A stretch of DNA of 63,461 bases, the filler included, from Folioceros fuciformis (Eukaryota), in the NCBI GenBank assembly GCA_049999805.1. It is 11 parts of 11 records of this genome, joined end to end, with 100 filler letters (N's around TTAATTAATTAA, not from the genome) between each part and the next. Parts side by side here need not be neighbours in the genome. Positions count along the whole stretch, not along the records: positions 6,974 to 12,213 come from JBNGIO010000954.1; positions 12,314 to 21,477 come from JBNGIO010000955.1; positions 21,578 to 29,899 come from JBNGIO010000956.1; 8 more parts are not named here. One strand, 5' to 3'. The position numbers and the translations under genes were made by a program. The stretch's first letter is position 1. The number at the start of each line of letters is the position of its first letter. Shown here piece by piece: positions 11,381-22,171 of this stretch. Under the pieces are notes generated by a model that was not told the origin of the DNA, did no database searches, and worked only from the letters and a program-made list of their open reading frames with translations.

Positions 11381-12730
11381 CTTCGGAGCAGCACTACTTC
11401 AGATCCCGGCTCAGCTGGGCCTGCGGGCGCTGCGGCTTGGCTGCTGGCTGCGTCATATATGCATGCCTGCGTCCCAGCCAGTGCCGGCACCGTCACGCGT
11501 GCGTTTTTGTCTGTGCTCTGGAGAGCTGGTGTTGAGCAGGAGAGTCCAATTACGCATCTCCCTGACACGACAAGACAAGATCGGATTCCCCTGTCAGCCC
11601 CGCAGCGCAGCAGTTTCTTCCTGCAGGAATGGACATGGCCACGCTGCGAGTGTAGGTACACACACAGACGTTACAGCATCTGACACAGCGCACCCACACC
11701 CTGCATCATGCTAAACGTTACATCGGTTTGCCGGCTTGCCTACTGCGTGCCATTGACTGCGTACATTCCTGGTCCACTCCAAGTCTTCGTCTCTATGTGG
11801 TCGCGACCGTGGACGTTGACGGTCAATTGTTCCCCGTTGAACATGGACGTACATACATGCTGCATAAAGGGGCCTCCAGTATTTTGAAATACTGGTTAGA
11901 TTTGACGACAGTCTTGGCATTACAAGCATAAGGAGCCTTTAATCAAACTAAAACTATGAGTCAAGTGAAAATAAAGCCAAACCAACTTCACAATATTCTC
12001 ATCTGAGATTGAATAAAAAAACAAAATCTAAACATCAATTTTGTAACAATTCTTACAATGATAGTCAAATGGTACAACGAGTCTAAATATATATTTTTTA
12101 AAATATTATATATATATATATATATAATTTTAATTTTAATTTGTATTGCTTTGCAAAGAGCATGGGCCAATGTTGTCCTGAGAATAGAGCCAATGTTGTC
12201 CTTAGAATAGGGANNNNNNNNNNNNNNNNNNNNNNNNNNNNNNNNNNNNNNNNNNNNTTAATTAATTAANNNNNNNNNNNNNNNNNNNNNNNNNNNNNNN
12301 NNNNNNNNNNNNNTGACCTCTGTATTCGATAAATGTATTATCTATCTTAAAACAGACAACGTATGTATTGGACAAATTACACAGACGGTCGATGAACTTA
12401 TCACTACCTTCTCTGTGGCCTTACCCATTTGAAGCTCAAGAGGAATACCTGTTTTAAGTTGGATAAGGGAACGGTTAGGTTGGGACGACACTCTTGTTGT
12501 CTGCGAATTCTTTCAGGAAGGGCAGATGAGCAATCCACTCACAGCACCAGACCCAGAAGGGGCGAGGAACCAATAGAAATTGCCCATTACCTATTTGAGT
12601 TGGGATGATGCTGCTACTTTACCAACATGGCAAGGCTTGTTCAGCATTTCTACAAGGTGATGCTTGGTACGAGAGGCACAAGTACCAACAACAATCCAGT
12701 ACCACTTCAAAACTCGGTGACAGATGACAA

Positions 12731-14605
12731 TCAAGGTGGACACCACTGCCCTGAAATAAATGCGTCGAAAAACCTTGTTCCAGTTGCAACGACATAGAAG
12801 ACTGCACAATGGATTACCTGCGTTAACAACAAACTCGATTGCGCACGTGATACAAAGCCTACTTCCAGCATATGCAGATTACAAATTGATTGAAGGGAAC
12901 CAGTAACCTGGAATGCCTGGGACAACGTGGTTATCCTTTGACAGAATACTACTCAGAGTTTCACTCTGATTCACTTTAACCCAACGAGATTCCCCCAGGT
13001 TGGCTGCAAACAGCAACCGCTAGCATCAGAACCAAATTGATTCGGCAGCTCACTTGAAAGCAGCAAGCATGCTTCACTGCAGAGACGAGAAGAAGACAAG
13101 CCTACAGCGCGTACTACGCATAGAATGCTGCCTATACTTGCCTGTGACGTCACCATCTTCAGTTTCCTCATCCTCTGCACTTGCCCTGCCGTACCCAGCT
13201 GCATTGGCTGACAACAGCTCAACTGTTCTCTTCCTGGTGAGTGGAACACTAGCGTTTGCCTGCACTAGATATTTGAGGGGATTAGTTGTCTGTGGACCTC
13301 CAGACATGGGATCCTAAATGATGAAGACCTAAGCTCACCCGGTAGTACAGAGCAATCCGATCACGAGTGTACTCATGCCTCTCGTCCCACGCCAAAGGTG
13401 GTGCATTCTCACCGAACATGTTTTGGCAGTCAAGGAGAAGGCACTAATCCACTCCTTGGCAAGAATTTAGGAGTTTCTACGTCATATGACATTGAAAAGC
13501 AAGAATGAATGGAAAGCAAAATGCTTGCCCACCTACGGCATTGAAGGATATCTCATCGACATGGACTGCAAAAGTGTCAGTCTCACAGAAGTCTTCAATG
13601 AAGTCACTGGACATGACTTCTCCATACAGCAGAAGTACTGGCCAGTGAAGAACCCTGCTCGAGTCGAGCCATGGTGTCTTCCCCTGACTTCGCTCTTTAT
13701 ACAAAGCGTCCCCAAGCTTAACCTTTCGTGCTAACAGTGCAGAAACTATCGCCTGCATCATAGCAAAGAAATTAAGCAACCTTCAAGAATACCGAGACAG
13801 CCAAATGGTACCCCATGATACGCAAGGTCTGAGGTCCGTCCACCACCAACTGTCCACTACCTCAGTTTGTGACTTCGCTTGAAATGCAAGCCTTCTCTTC
13901 TCAGTAACTTCTGCAACTTTTGTATCCACTTTTTCCTTGATCTTCATCAGCTCCTGGCTTGAAGGCTCTCGGGACAGACCCTCTGTGCATAATCGGCCAG
14001 CTTCAGAAAACAAATCAAGCTCCAGTGCAGCTTTTGCTCCGCGGAAGTATGCCTGGTGAATAGGCAAGTACATTAGAAAATGCGCACCAAAGAGAACAGA
14101 AATAAATATGACAAGCAAAGTTGTTTCATCAACGTGTACGGTGTCGGCCATCGTTCAAGCCAACACTACCTTCACATTGGTTGGGTTTCTTTTGATAGAT
14201 TCCTCAGCATCCGAAATTGCCCGCCTGAAGTTACCAAGTAGCAGATTAACATGTGCTCGATTAGCGAAGAGCACAGAATTGGTACGCTCGTCGGCACATC
14301 TTTGATTGATTGCTCTGGTGTAACAGTCGACAGCATCTGGGTAGAACTTTTTCCCCCCCTTCAGAAACTTGTTCCCTTCCTCCTGCATAAGGTAGTAAGG
14401 TGCAAAGCGGAATATGTATACAAACCATCGAGTGAGGACCAAATCCGGTGACGACGAACAGAGCGTGTCAGTAGTGAAGGCAAATTGGGCAAACCCGTAC
14501 CTTGAGCTCGAGGGCAGCAGACTCCCGGATGGCTTCTATTGCATCCAAATCGGCCCTCTGAGATTCTGTGACCGGCTCCTGACCCGGTTCCATCCACAGC
14601 GCCAT
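12731..14605 (-). CDS. TTC4: TTC4/Cns1-like TPR Hsp70/Hsp90 co-chaperone; 8 exons (14605-14501, 14382-14170, 14052-13861, 13752-13552, 13419-13339, 13259-13142, 13003-~12909, ~12801-12731)
   Basis: MALWME..DLDAI.A..ESAALELKEEGN; TPR YTRAI..LFANRAHVNLLLGNFRRAI; LHWPVLLLYGEVMSSDFIEDFCE; WVKVN..VPGIPVFYVV..GQWCPP*. The frame stays open using one AT-AC and one GC-AG intron. Confidence 0.92.
13420..13551 (-). other. U12-type (minor spliceosome) AT-AC intron, 132 nt
   Basis: Donor GAG|ATATCCTTC, branch TCCTTGAC 9 nt before the acceptor AAAAC|ATG; phase 0, joining HVDE to MFGENAPPLAWD. Confidence 0.92.
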
Positions 14606-14806
14606 GGTTGGAAATCAGCTGGCCCCGCCAGTAGAAAGCTGGACGTCACTGCACGTCCTCAGGTGCGCCCACCAGAGCCCTGCAAGGTCCTATTCCAGAC
14701 TACTGTAGTAAGTACCGATTAACGCGCTCCCCTACAAGCTGGAGGATCTCTCTTGCGTTTCTCCTGTCACCGCCTTGCTGACAGGCAGCAAGGGGAGGAG
14801 GGAAGG

Positions 14807-17171
14807 ATGGCGGCAGCGCGTTGGGCGATGGGCACAACAAGCCGATGGCCGCCAAGGAAGAACAGCAAGGAAGCCATCCAGGCGCGCAGATTGCGCACCT
14901 ACTTTGGCTACACGGTGGCCTTCACTTTCCTCCTCCTCCTGCTGATTCTGGGCTTGAGACACCCGGCGTCGTCCCAGTTCTTTTCAGGAAGCCGATCCCT
15001 GTCCTCCTTCTTCTCCTCCTCCGTGTCCGCAGCCTGCCGGCAATGCTCCAGCACCCCTCCTGCGTCTGTGCAGATGCTGCCATCGGGGGAGAAATTCATG
15101 TGGTATGCGCCTCACAGCGGCTTCAGCAATCAGCTCATAGAGCTCAAGAATGCTCTCAAATTTGCGTCCTTGCTCAACAGGACGCTCATTTTACCTCCTG
15201 TGCTGGATCACCATGCACTCTCTCTGGGAAGCTGCCCGAAAAGCAGGCTACTCCACACTGCAGATCAGCTACGAGCTTTGGCCTGGAATGAGTTCTCAGC
15301 TCTCATTCGGGACTCCAGGTACAAGATCTGTGCACCTAACCTGTCGTTGTGCAGATTTGTTGATATTTCCTGTCCATTCCGGTCTGAGAAGCTCGTGAAC
15401 TGGTCATCTGCTTGTTGTTGTTGTTGTTGTTGGGTGTTTCCCTTCTGCGCCTGTGCCTCAAATTGGAAAGTTTGTTGGAGAGTGATTCTGAATGAAAGAA
15501 TTCATGGGAAGTTCGGTCCTTAGCACTGTTGTTGAGCTCTTTGCCAGGATCGAGACCACTGGCTTATGCTTCTTAGCAACGCAGATCACAAAAGAACTGA
15601 ACAAAACAATAGGATGTGTTGGTAATGCTACTGTACAGAGGACCAGGCTTGAGGCCAACAAGGCCAAGGACAGCAACAAGCATCCGCAATGCCTCCACCG
15701 TGATTTGAGTCATAATGGATGTACTAATGTGCACCAAAGTTGGTGCATATTCGATGCCTGAACTGGACATTCCGGAATAGCTGATTAAGTATGACTGCTA
15801 AAGTAACATAAGTTTGCAGATGGTGTAATACCAGTAGTAACAAATGTTTTCTCATGCGGCAGGTGTGTGGGTTGATGGAGTGGTCATCCCTGAAAGGTAT
15901 GGCCTAGGGAAGGTTTAATCCCCACATGACGTATTACCCAGATTACTGCAATGCTTCCGAAAAGCCTGAGTCGAAGAAGGTTTATGGATGCCTTTCTGGA
16001 TGGGTTCCTTTCTGTGCCCGTTGCCGATGTCTTGTAGTAGGGTCGAGTGTAGATTTATGCTTTATCATCAACCTGTGTGGCTCTTTCCTGCAGGTACGTG
16101 TCTATTGCAGACATCGTTGATCTGTCGGCCATTACACCGGAGCTGGTGCGGACTATCGACCTCCGAGCATTTGCTGCAATGTGGTGTGGGGTAGATATCA
16201 AGCCAGCCTGCTATGGTCCTTGGTGCAAACGTTTGGCTAAACGAGCTGGTCCAGCATGGGGTTCAATGGAGGTCTGCGGGGCTCTGCTTTCACAATCTTC
16301 GCCACAGCCCCAGTGTTGTGTATATGGGGTGCAGGATGACTGCACGACCACACTGTGGACATATGAAGCTAAGCAGGATTCACCTGCCCAAGAAGAGAGT
16401 ACTGCAGGGCGATTCCTTCAGGAATCTTCAAAAGGTGGTAAGAAGAAAAAGAAGGCCAAAGCCAAAGATGTTGTGGCCACTTTGGGGCATGGATCTGCAG
16501 CAGCGGAAGCAGTTGTGCTGTCATTTGGAAGCCTGTTCTCGATGGAGTATAAACAAGTTCAAACACACATCAACATCGCAGCTCTCTCTGGAAGCAAGAA
16601 ACTAGATAAGTTGCTCAAAGCAAGCAAGCATCTTCCCTTCGCCACTGATATTGTGGAGGCAGGGAGGACGTATGTCCAGGAATTCATCAGTCAGCCATTC
16701 TTCTGTGCTCAGCTCAGATTGCTAGACGGACAGTTCAAGAAGCAGTGGGAGAAAATTTTTGCTCAACTGGAAACTAAACTAGAGCGACTGCATAGAGATA
16801 GTAGTACGCAGAAGATTGCACTTTTCGTGATGACTGACCTTCCTCGAGAAGATTGGCAGGGCACCTATCTGGGGCGACTGGCTTCAAACCACACGCACTA
16901 TAAGGTACGCACGCTTAGTGCAAAGAAGGCGCTGGTAACGTCTGCCGCAAGAAATATCATTGTGAAGGAACGAGGTCTGCGCTCGGGATATCTGCCTAAG
17001 AAGCTTGGATCCGTGAAGGAAGAAGGGAAAAGAAAACCGAAGTTTGTGCCTGACGTACTGCTCAACATTGAAGAGGTTGTGTGCAGCTTTGCCTCGTTGG
17101 GCTTCTCAGGAACCTCCGGGTCGACACTTACTGACACGATCACCGAAATGAGGGCAGCAGATGAAGGATAG
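14807..17171 (+). CDS. O-fucosyltransferase family protein (OFUT30-like, type II membrane); exons 14807-15318 and 16094-17171
   Basis: N-terminal TM (VAFTFLLLLLILGL), YAPHSGFSNQL.ELKNA...LNRTLILPPVLDH, RYVSIADIVDLS, PFFCAQLRLLDGQFK, FVMTDLP, IEEVVCS..GFSGTSGSTL. GT-AG intron 15319-16093 keeps the frame. Confidence 0.9.
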
Positions 17172-17638
17172 ATGTCGGATTGGATTTGGGAGCTTTGTTG
17201 TAGGTAGTGTCGCAGCTGTCAGTCTTCAAAGATTATATTGATGTGCCGATTCCAACTTGGAATGAGCAAACTTACTTGACACAAGCTTTGGTGCTCTACG
17301 TTGGGAAGCCTGAATTAAGTAGCTGGTTGTCGACGACGGGAAGATTTTATCGCACACTGATAGACTGACACAACAAGCAGAGAACATTCCTATCCCGCGA
17401 TGAACTGCTAACAACACAAACAGTTGGATTTTGTTCCTCAAATGAAGATTTGGTCCAAACATGGGCCGTCCCGCCACCAATAAGCAAGGCCAACCCCCAA
17501 GTACCAGCTTGACCCGATAGCAAAAGAGCTTCATGGGGAGTGCCATCAGTTCCTCTGAAAATCCCACCTGTAATCCAGCCAACACTTGAACAAAAATTGG
17601 TGCCCTTGTTATCAGGTAGTCCAAGATAGACCTGGAAC

Positions 17639-19135
17639 CTAATACCGAAGCCAATACGTGCGCCGGCGGAACCAAACATAGTCAGGAAGGAACTGTGTAG
17701 GTCCCATGGCTGCAATGGCTACATCCTTATCATAGATGAAGCGAGCCGCAACTCTTTTCACCGTCTGGGCATCCACAGCATCTATTCTAGCAAAAAGCTC
17801 GGGTAACGGGATCCTACGTCCGTAAGTCAACAACTGACGGCCGATATCCTCAGCAACCGGGCTGGTACCATCCAAGTGGAAAACCAGGCAAGACTTCAAC
17901 TGGTTTTGGGCACGAATGACATCTTCATCTGTCACGCGATAGCACAATCGTCCCATTTCCCGCATAATAACGTAGGACAAATCCTCCAAGTGATCAGGCT
18001 TGGCCACCGCATACACACCAAATAATCCAGTATCACTATAGTTAGTGTTAAAAGCCATCACACTTTCAGCCAGCTCATTTGCAGCAACCTTCTGAGCCAT
18101 CTCAGAGCCCATATGCTTACCACCTCCATCACTTTTGCTCCAAGCACCAAGCATAGTTTGCATCACCATCAGGGCAGTGGCATCTGGATCCGTCCATGCA
18201 GCGCCTTGCACTGCTACAGCGAAATGGGTCAGAGGCGAATCATCGTCTCTCAGCCGAACCTCAGAACCGGTAAATATGACTGGCTCCTTGTTCACAAGCT
18301 CAGAGGCTGTGACGGGATTATTGGAAAGGTTAGTGAAAGACTTTTTGACCAGTGCAACCAAGTCCTCGTGCCGCACGCCACCAGATCCCGAAACAACCAT
18401 CCGAGGCCCGCTGTAATGAGTAGATATATAGTTCTTGAGATGATCCCTGGTAATGGACTTTATATTCTCCGCAGGTCCAAGTATGGTGCGGCCCAAGGGA
18501 CTGTACTGGAAAGCAGTGGCGTGCAGATGATCGAACACCATCTCTTCGATCTGCGCCTCCACCTCCCGCATTTCCATCAAAATCACCTCCCGCTCCCTGT
18601 CGATCCGATCCTGATCAAAGGACGAATATTGCAGAATGTCCGCGAGGATGTCAACCGCCCCGGTGACGTCCTTCTTCAGAACCTTGGCGTAATAGGTCGT
18701 CTGCTCCCTGGAGGTGTAGGCGTTGAGATGACCTCCCATGTTCTCTATCTCCTCCTCCAGCTGCGTCCTGCTGCGGCGCTTGGTGCCCTTAAAGATCATG
18801 TGCTCCAGGAAGTGAGCCGTCCCGTTGGTCTCATCGGTCTCAAACCGGCTGCCCGCATCTATCCACACCCCGACTGTGGCCGTCTCGGCACTGAGATTCG
18901 ACTCAGTGGCCACCCTCAAGCCGTTGGGCAAGGTGGTGATCCGCGTCGCGGGCGCGGCAAGCACGGAAGTGTGATCCACCCACGCCGGCACGGGGGAATT
19001 GTAGCGGGTGAACCTCTCATCCGGGACGGCCGTGAGGTCATGCTTGAGCAGCGCAGCAGTGCTGGAGCGTTGTGTCCCCGTCCACAGCCGCCGCACCCTG
19101 CGCCCGAGCGCTCCAGCTGCCTGTCGGCCCGCCAT
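17639..19135 (-). CDS. MPPB: Mitochondrial-processing peptidase beta subunit (M16), intronless
   Basis: Arg-rich presequence, TTLPNGLRVATE, VGVWIDAGSRFE, HFLEH (HxxEH zinc motif), LNAYTSREQT, EDIGRQLLTYGRRIP, ends RRRTYWLRY*. Confidence 0.96.
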   Translation of the reverse strand: MAGRQAAGALGRRVRRLWTGTQRSSTAALLKHDLTAVPDERFTRYNSPVPAWVDHTSVLAAPATRITTLPNGLRVATESNLSAETATVGVWIDAGSRFETDETNGTAHFLEHMIFKGTKRRSRTQLEEEIENMGGHLNAYTSREQTTYYAKVLKKDVTGAVDILADILQYSSFDQDRIDREREVILMEMREVEAQIEEMVFDHLHATAFQYSPLGRTILGPAENIKSITRDHLKNYISTHYSGPRMVVSGSGGVRHEDLVALVKKSFTNLSNNPVTASELVNKEPVIFTGSEVRLRDDDSPLTHFAVAVQGAAWTDPDATALMVMQTMLGAWSKSDGGGKHMGSEMAQKVAANELAESVMAFNTNYSDTGLFGVYAVAKPDHLEDLSYVIMREMGRLCYRVTDEDVIRAQNQLKSCLVFHLDGTSPVAEDIGRQLLTYGRRIPLPELFARIDAVDAQTVKRVAARFIYDKDVAIAAMGPTQFLPDYVWFRRRTYWLRY

Positions 19136-19569
19136 CCCTGATCGTCCCAAGCTCCTGCGATCGCCCCTTGACAACACCACCCTGCTATCCCGGCAATAGC
19201 TTTGCAAAGCCCTAACTCGATTGCAAGTATGCAAATTACTTCTCCCTTTCCGTCCTTAGTGAACTTCAAAAAAAAAAAAGGGAGTTCTTCTTCTCCCCAT
19301 GACTGTACGGTACTTGCCGGAATCCAGCATGAGTTTCATAAGGTAGCAAATTCGTAAGCTCAAATACCCATGCACAGCAACAAGCTGATGTAGAAGACAC
19401 ATCTTGAAACACATCAAAAGCACGTCCTTGCATTGCCTTGGAGGCCACAACCCCTCGTCGTCCTTGCCCTGTTAGGCACCAATTAAGACAAAATAGGAGG
19501 AGATGACAACCAACGTCCCCGAGAAGTCCATAGATGTTTATAAGCTACTTGCATTTGAGAGTATTCCAC

Positions 19570-21198
19570 ATGGGGTGTAATCACAAAGCTGCAGAGACTG
19601 GTGCCTTGACTCCTGCTGCAAGTCAAGAGAATGAAACAACTAGGAGTTCCTTCTCAGAATCGACAGAAAAGTTGGAAAGTGGAAATTTGGAACCGGATTG
19701 TAGTGGAGTAGAACAAAGACTTCATCAAGTTGAAGACTGTCCTTTAGATTGCTCAAATTATGAGGCTTCATGCAGTTACACTAAAGATGAAGAAGTATCC
19801 CAAGGAAGCCACTACTCTGAAAATGCATCCATCCTGGATTCTTCCTCCCCCACAACTGAAGAGCAGATTTTGGAAGAAAATGAAAGATTGAAAGAATTGG
19901 TGGAAAATAAAAAAAGTGCACCAAGCAAGTGGTGCGACTTGCCAAGAGACATTTGGGAGGAAATTTTGCCTCTACTACCTCTTTCAAATCTCTTCAGAGT
20001 TCTTGGAGTTTGCAAAACTTGGAATTCGATCATTTTCTCTCAATGTTGTTGTTGTGAGCACTCACCTTTGCAAATGGATAAAGAGGGACATTCTTTGAAA
20101 ACCCAACAAGAACTTGGGCTGAATTGTTCAGAACAGGAAAGAGAACAAAGATTTGCTCTCCATAGAATTCACTTGGGAGATCAAAACATGTGGGGCTCTT
20201 ATTTCCCCACATTTATACAACGACATGGACAACAATTCTGTGTTGGGTACAACATGGAATCTCATACTTGGCAAAAATTGCCACAATTTTCATTTCTTCC
20301 ACCATCAACTAGAGGTCGTGGGTGTTCACCATTTGGTGCAAGGGGATTATTATGCTTTGCAAGAGAGTACTCTGGTGCAACCCGTTTCCATACTGACATA
20401 ATTGTGTGCAATCCAGTAAGCAAGTATTGGAAGAAACTGCCAAGACTATATGCTAGGTACATGCACTTCCATTGTATCATCTCAGAAAGAGATGGTGAAA
20501 AGATGTTCAAAATCATAGGAGTAGGTCGTCGAAAATGGAGAGACACTTATGTCTACAGTTCAAGCACAAATTCATGGTCAAACACACGCATTTGTTATCC
20601 TATAGGTAGATACAATGAGGAATCAGATATACAAAGCAGCACTGTTTGCAATGGGATGTTGTTTTGTGTAGTGGAAAACTCCAAAGTGTTAGCATATGTA
20701 GACATCGAGAAAGGACCATGGAGTGAAATTTTTGTGAACAAGTTGTTGAAAGGTTTCAGATCTTTGTGGAAAGTTGTGGAGTGTGATAACATACTGTACT
20801 TAGTAGTAGTTGACAGACTGGGAAACAATAGTCACATATTGAAATTGGACTCTTGTGCCATGGAGTGGGTGTTGGTAACTCATTTCCCAGAAGACATACT
20901 AGGAGTTTACCCTGCTGGTAGATGTGATTACATCCATCCTTCAAAAAACTATTGTGTAGCACATGAGAACAAAATCTGTTTTGCAATGCAATATGATTAT
21001 GGGAAAAGGTGGCACTGTGTGATGTATGACATTAACAAGGATGTGTGGCAGAAACTATCTCGTTGTCCTTTTTGGATCAAGCCTGATATATGTCATAATT
21101 ACTCTACTTTTAGGCATAATGAAGGAGTTAATTATCAAGTGGTATCATGTGTTTTCACTCCTAATCTGTGTGCAAGCCTTGGGTGCTTGCTCATATAA
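19570..21198 (+). CDS. F-box protein with C-terminal kelch/FBA-like region, intronless (alternative ATG at 19534)
   Basis: F-box WCDLPRDIWEEILPLLPLSNLFRVLGVCKTWNSI; GLLCF, IVCNPVSKYWKKLP, YVYSSSTNSW, VCNGMLF, YDINKDVW. Confidence 0.85.
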   Translation: MGCNHKAAETGALTPAASQENETTRSSFSESTEKLESGNLEPDCSGVEQRLHQVEDCPLDCSNYEASCSYTKDEEVSQGSHYSENASILDSSSPTTEEQILEENERLKELVENKKSAPSKWCDLPRDIWEEILPLLPLSNLFRVLGVCKTWNSIIFSQCCCCEHSPLQMDKEGHSLKTQQELGLNCSEQEREQRFALHRIHLGDQNMWGSYFPTFIQRHGQQFCVGYNMESHTWQKLPQFSFLPPSTRGRGCSPFGARGLLCFAREYSGATRFHTDIIVCNPVSKYWKKLPRLYARYMHFHCIISERDGEKMFKIIGVGRRKWRDTYVYSSSTNSWSNTRICYPIGRYNEESDIQSSTVCNGMLFCVVENSKVLAYVDIEKGPWSEIFVNKLLKGFRSLWKVVECDNILYLVVVDRLGNNSHILKLDSCAMEWVLVTHFPEDILGVYPAGRCDYIHPSKNYCVAHENKICFAMQYDYGKRWHCVMYDINKDVWQKLSRCPFWIKPDICHNYSTFRHNEGVNYQVVSCVFTPNLCASLGCLLI

Positions 21199-22171
21199 AC
21201 AAACTAAACTACATGTGGGCTTCTTCTAGTCAGGACATACATACATTTGATGCATCTTCCATTTTTTAACTCTATTCCTTGTACCATTACACTTTGCACA
21301 CAAATGCAACCTACTTATGATTAAAAAGATATCCACTTATACTAACTATATTATTTACTATAAAGTATTTTCTTTGTGCTGAGCTCCTAAAAAAAGGAGG
21401 GAGGAGAGATGCATTATTGTGTGAACTCCAACCAAAGACCAGCCAGCCTTGGGTTCAGAACACGAAAACACCAACCANNNNNNNNNNNNNNNNNNNNNNN
21501 NNNNNNNNNNNNNNNNNNNNNTTAATTAATTAANNNNNNNNNNNNNNNNNNNNNNNNNNNNNNNNNNNNNNNNNNNNAACTAGGATTCAATTCCACTTCG
21601 CGATTAGTGATGCTTAACTAGGATGCAGTCTGTTGAGCTGCAAACAAATAGCCAACGCCAGTGGACTGGAGCCAAAAGAAAGGCCCACACGTTGTGGTGA
21701 CCATAAATTGCACACAGCGTGCGCGACTGAACAACTGCAAGAGGACATCCGCGAAGGCACACCGTCCAGGTACTCCGGGTCAAGCCTACACTTCTTAAAA
21801 TGCACGGTGAGCCAATACCTTCAATATAATTAGGCCCTTCTACTGCACTTCCTAGCAAGTCCTCTACCACCAAGGGGAATGTTCGCGAATAATTAGACAT
21901 CGCTACCACGGGTACACACACTTTGATACCGAAATTCAAGGCTGTGGAAAGGTAAGGCTCGTTGCTAGTTCCAAATGTGCTTCGTACTGAAGGTGGCAAG
22001 GGGTCAGCAAAACCTGAAGTGGCATCCCACCCGACGTCGGATATCTGAGCACCGGAGCCAAGGGCGGAGTTGATCTCCGTGCTCAAAATCCTGTGCATGG
22101 ATAGCAGCCATCTATGGCATGAAGAAAGCACTCCCTGATGCTGTCAAAACTTCATCCATCGACCATAAAGC

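Noticed and set aside
9876-11714. Long overlapping or antisense ORFs over STP (283, 348 and 147 aa)
   Set aside because: Shadow ORFs from high GC3 codon bias; no recognisable motifs.
18113-19141. 342-aa antisense ORF over MPP-beta
   Set aside because: Codon-aligned antisense shadow of a conserved gene.
21604-22131. 175-aa minus-strand ORF just after the PRP19 stop
   Set aside because: Non-ATG start, no motifs, lies in the probable PRP19 3' UTR.
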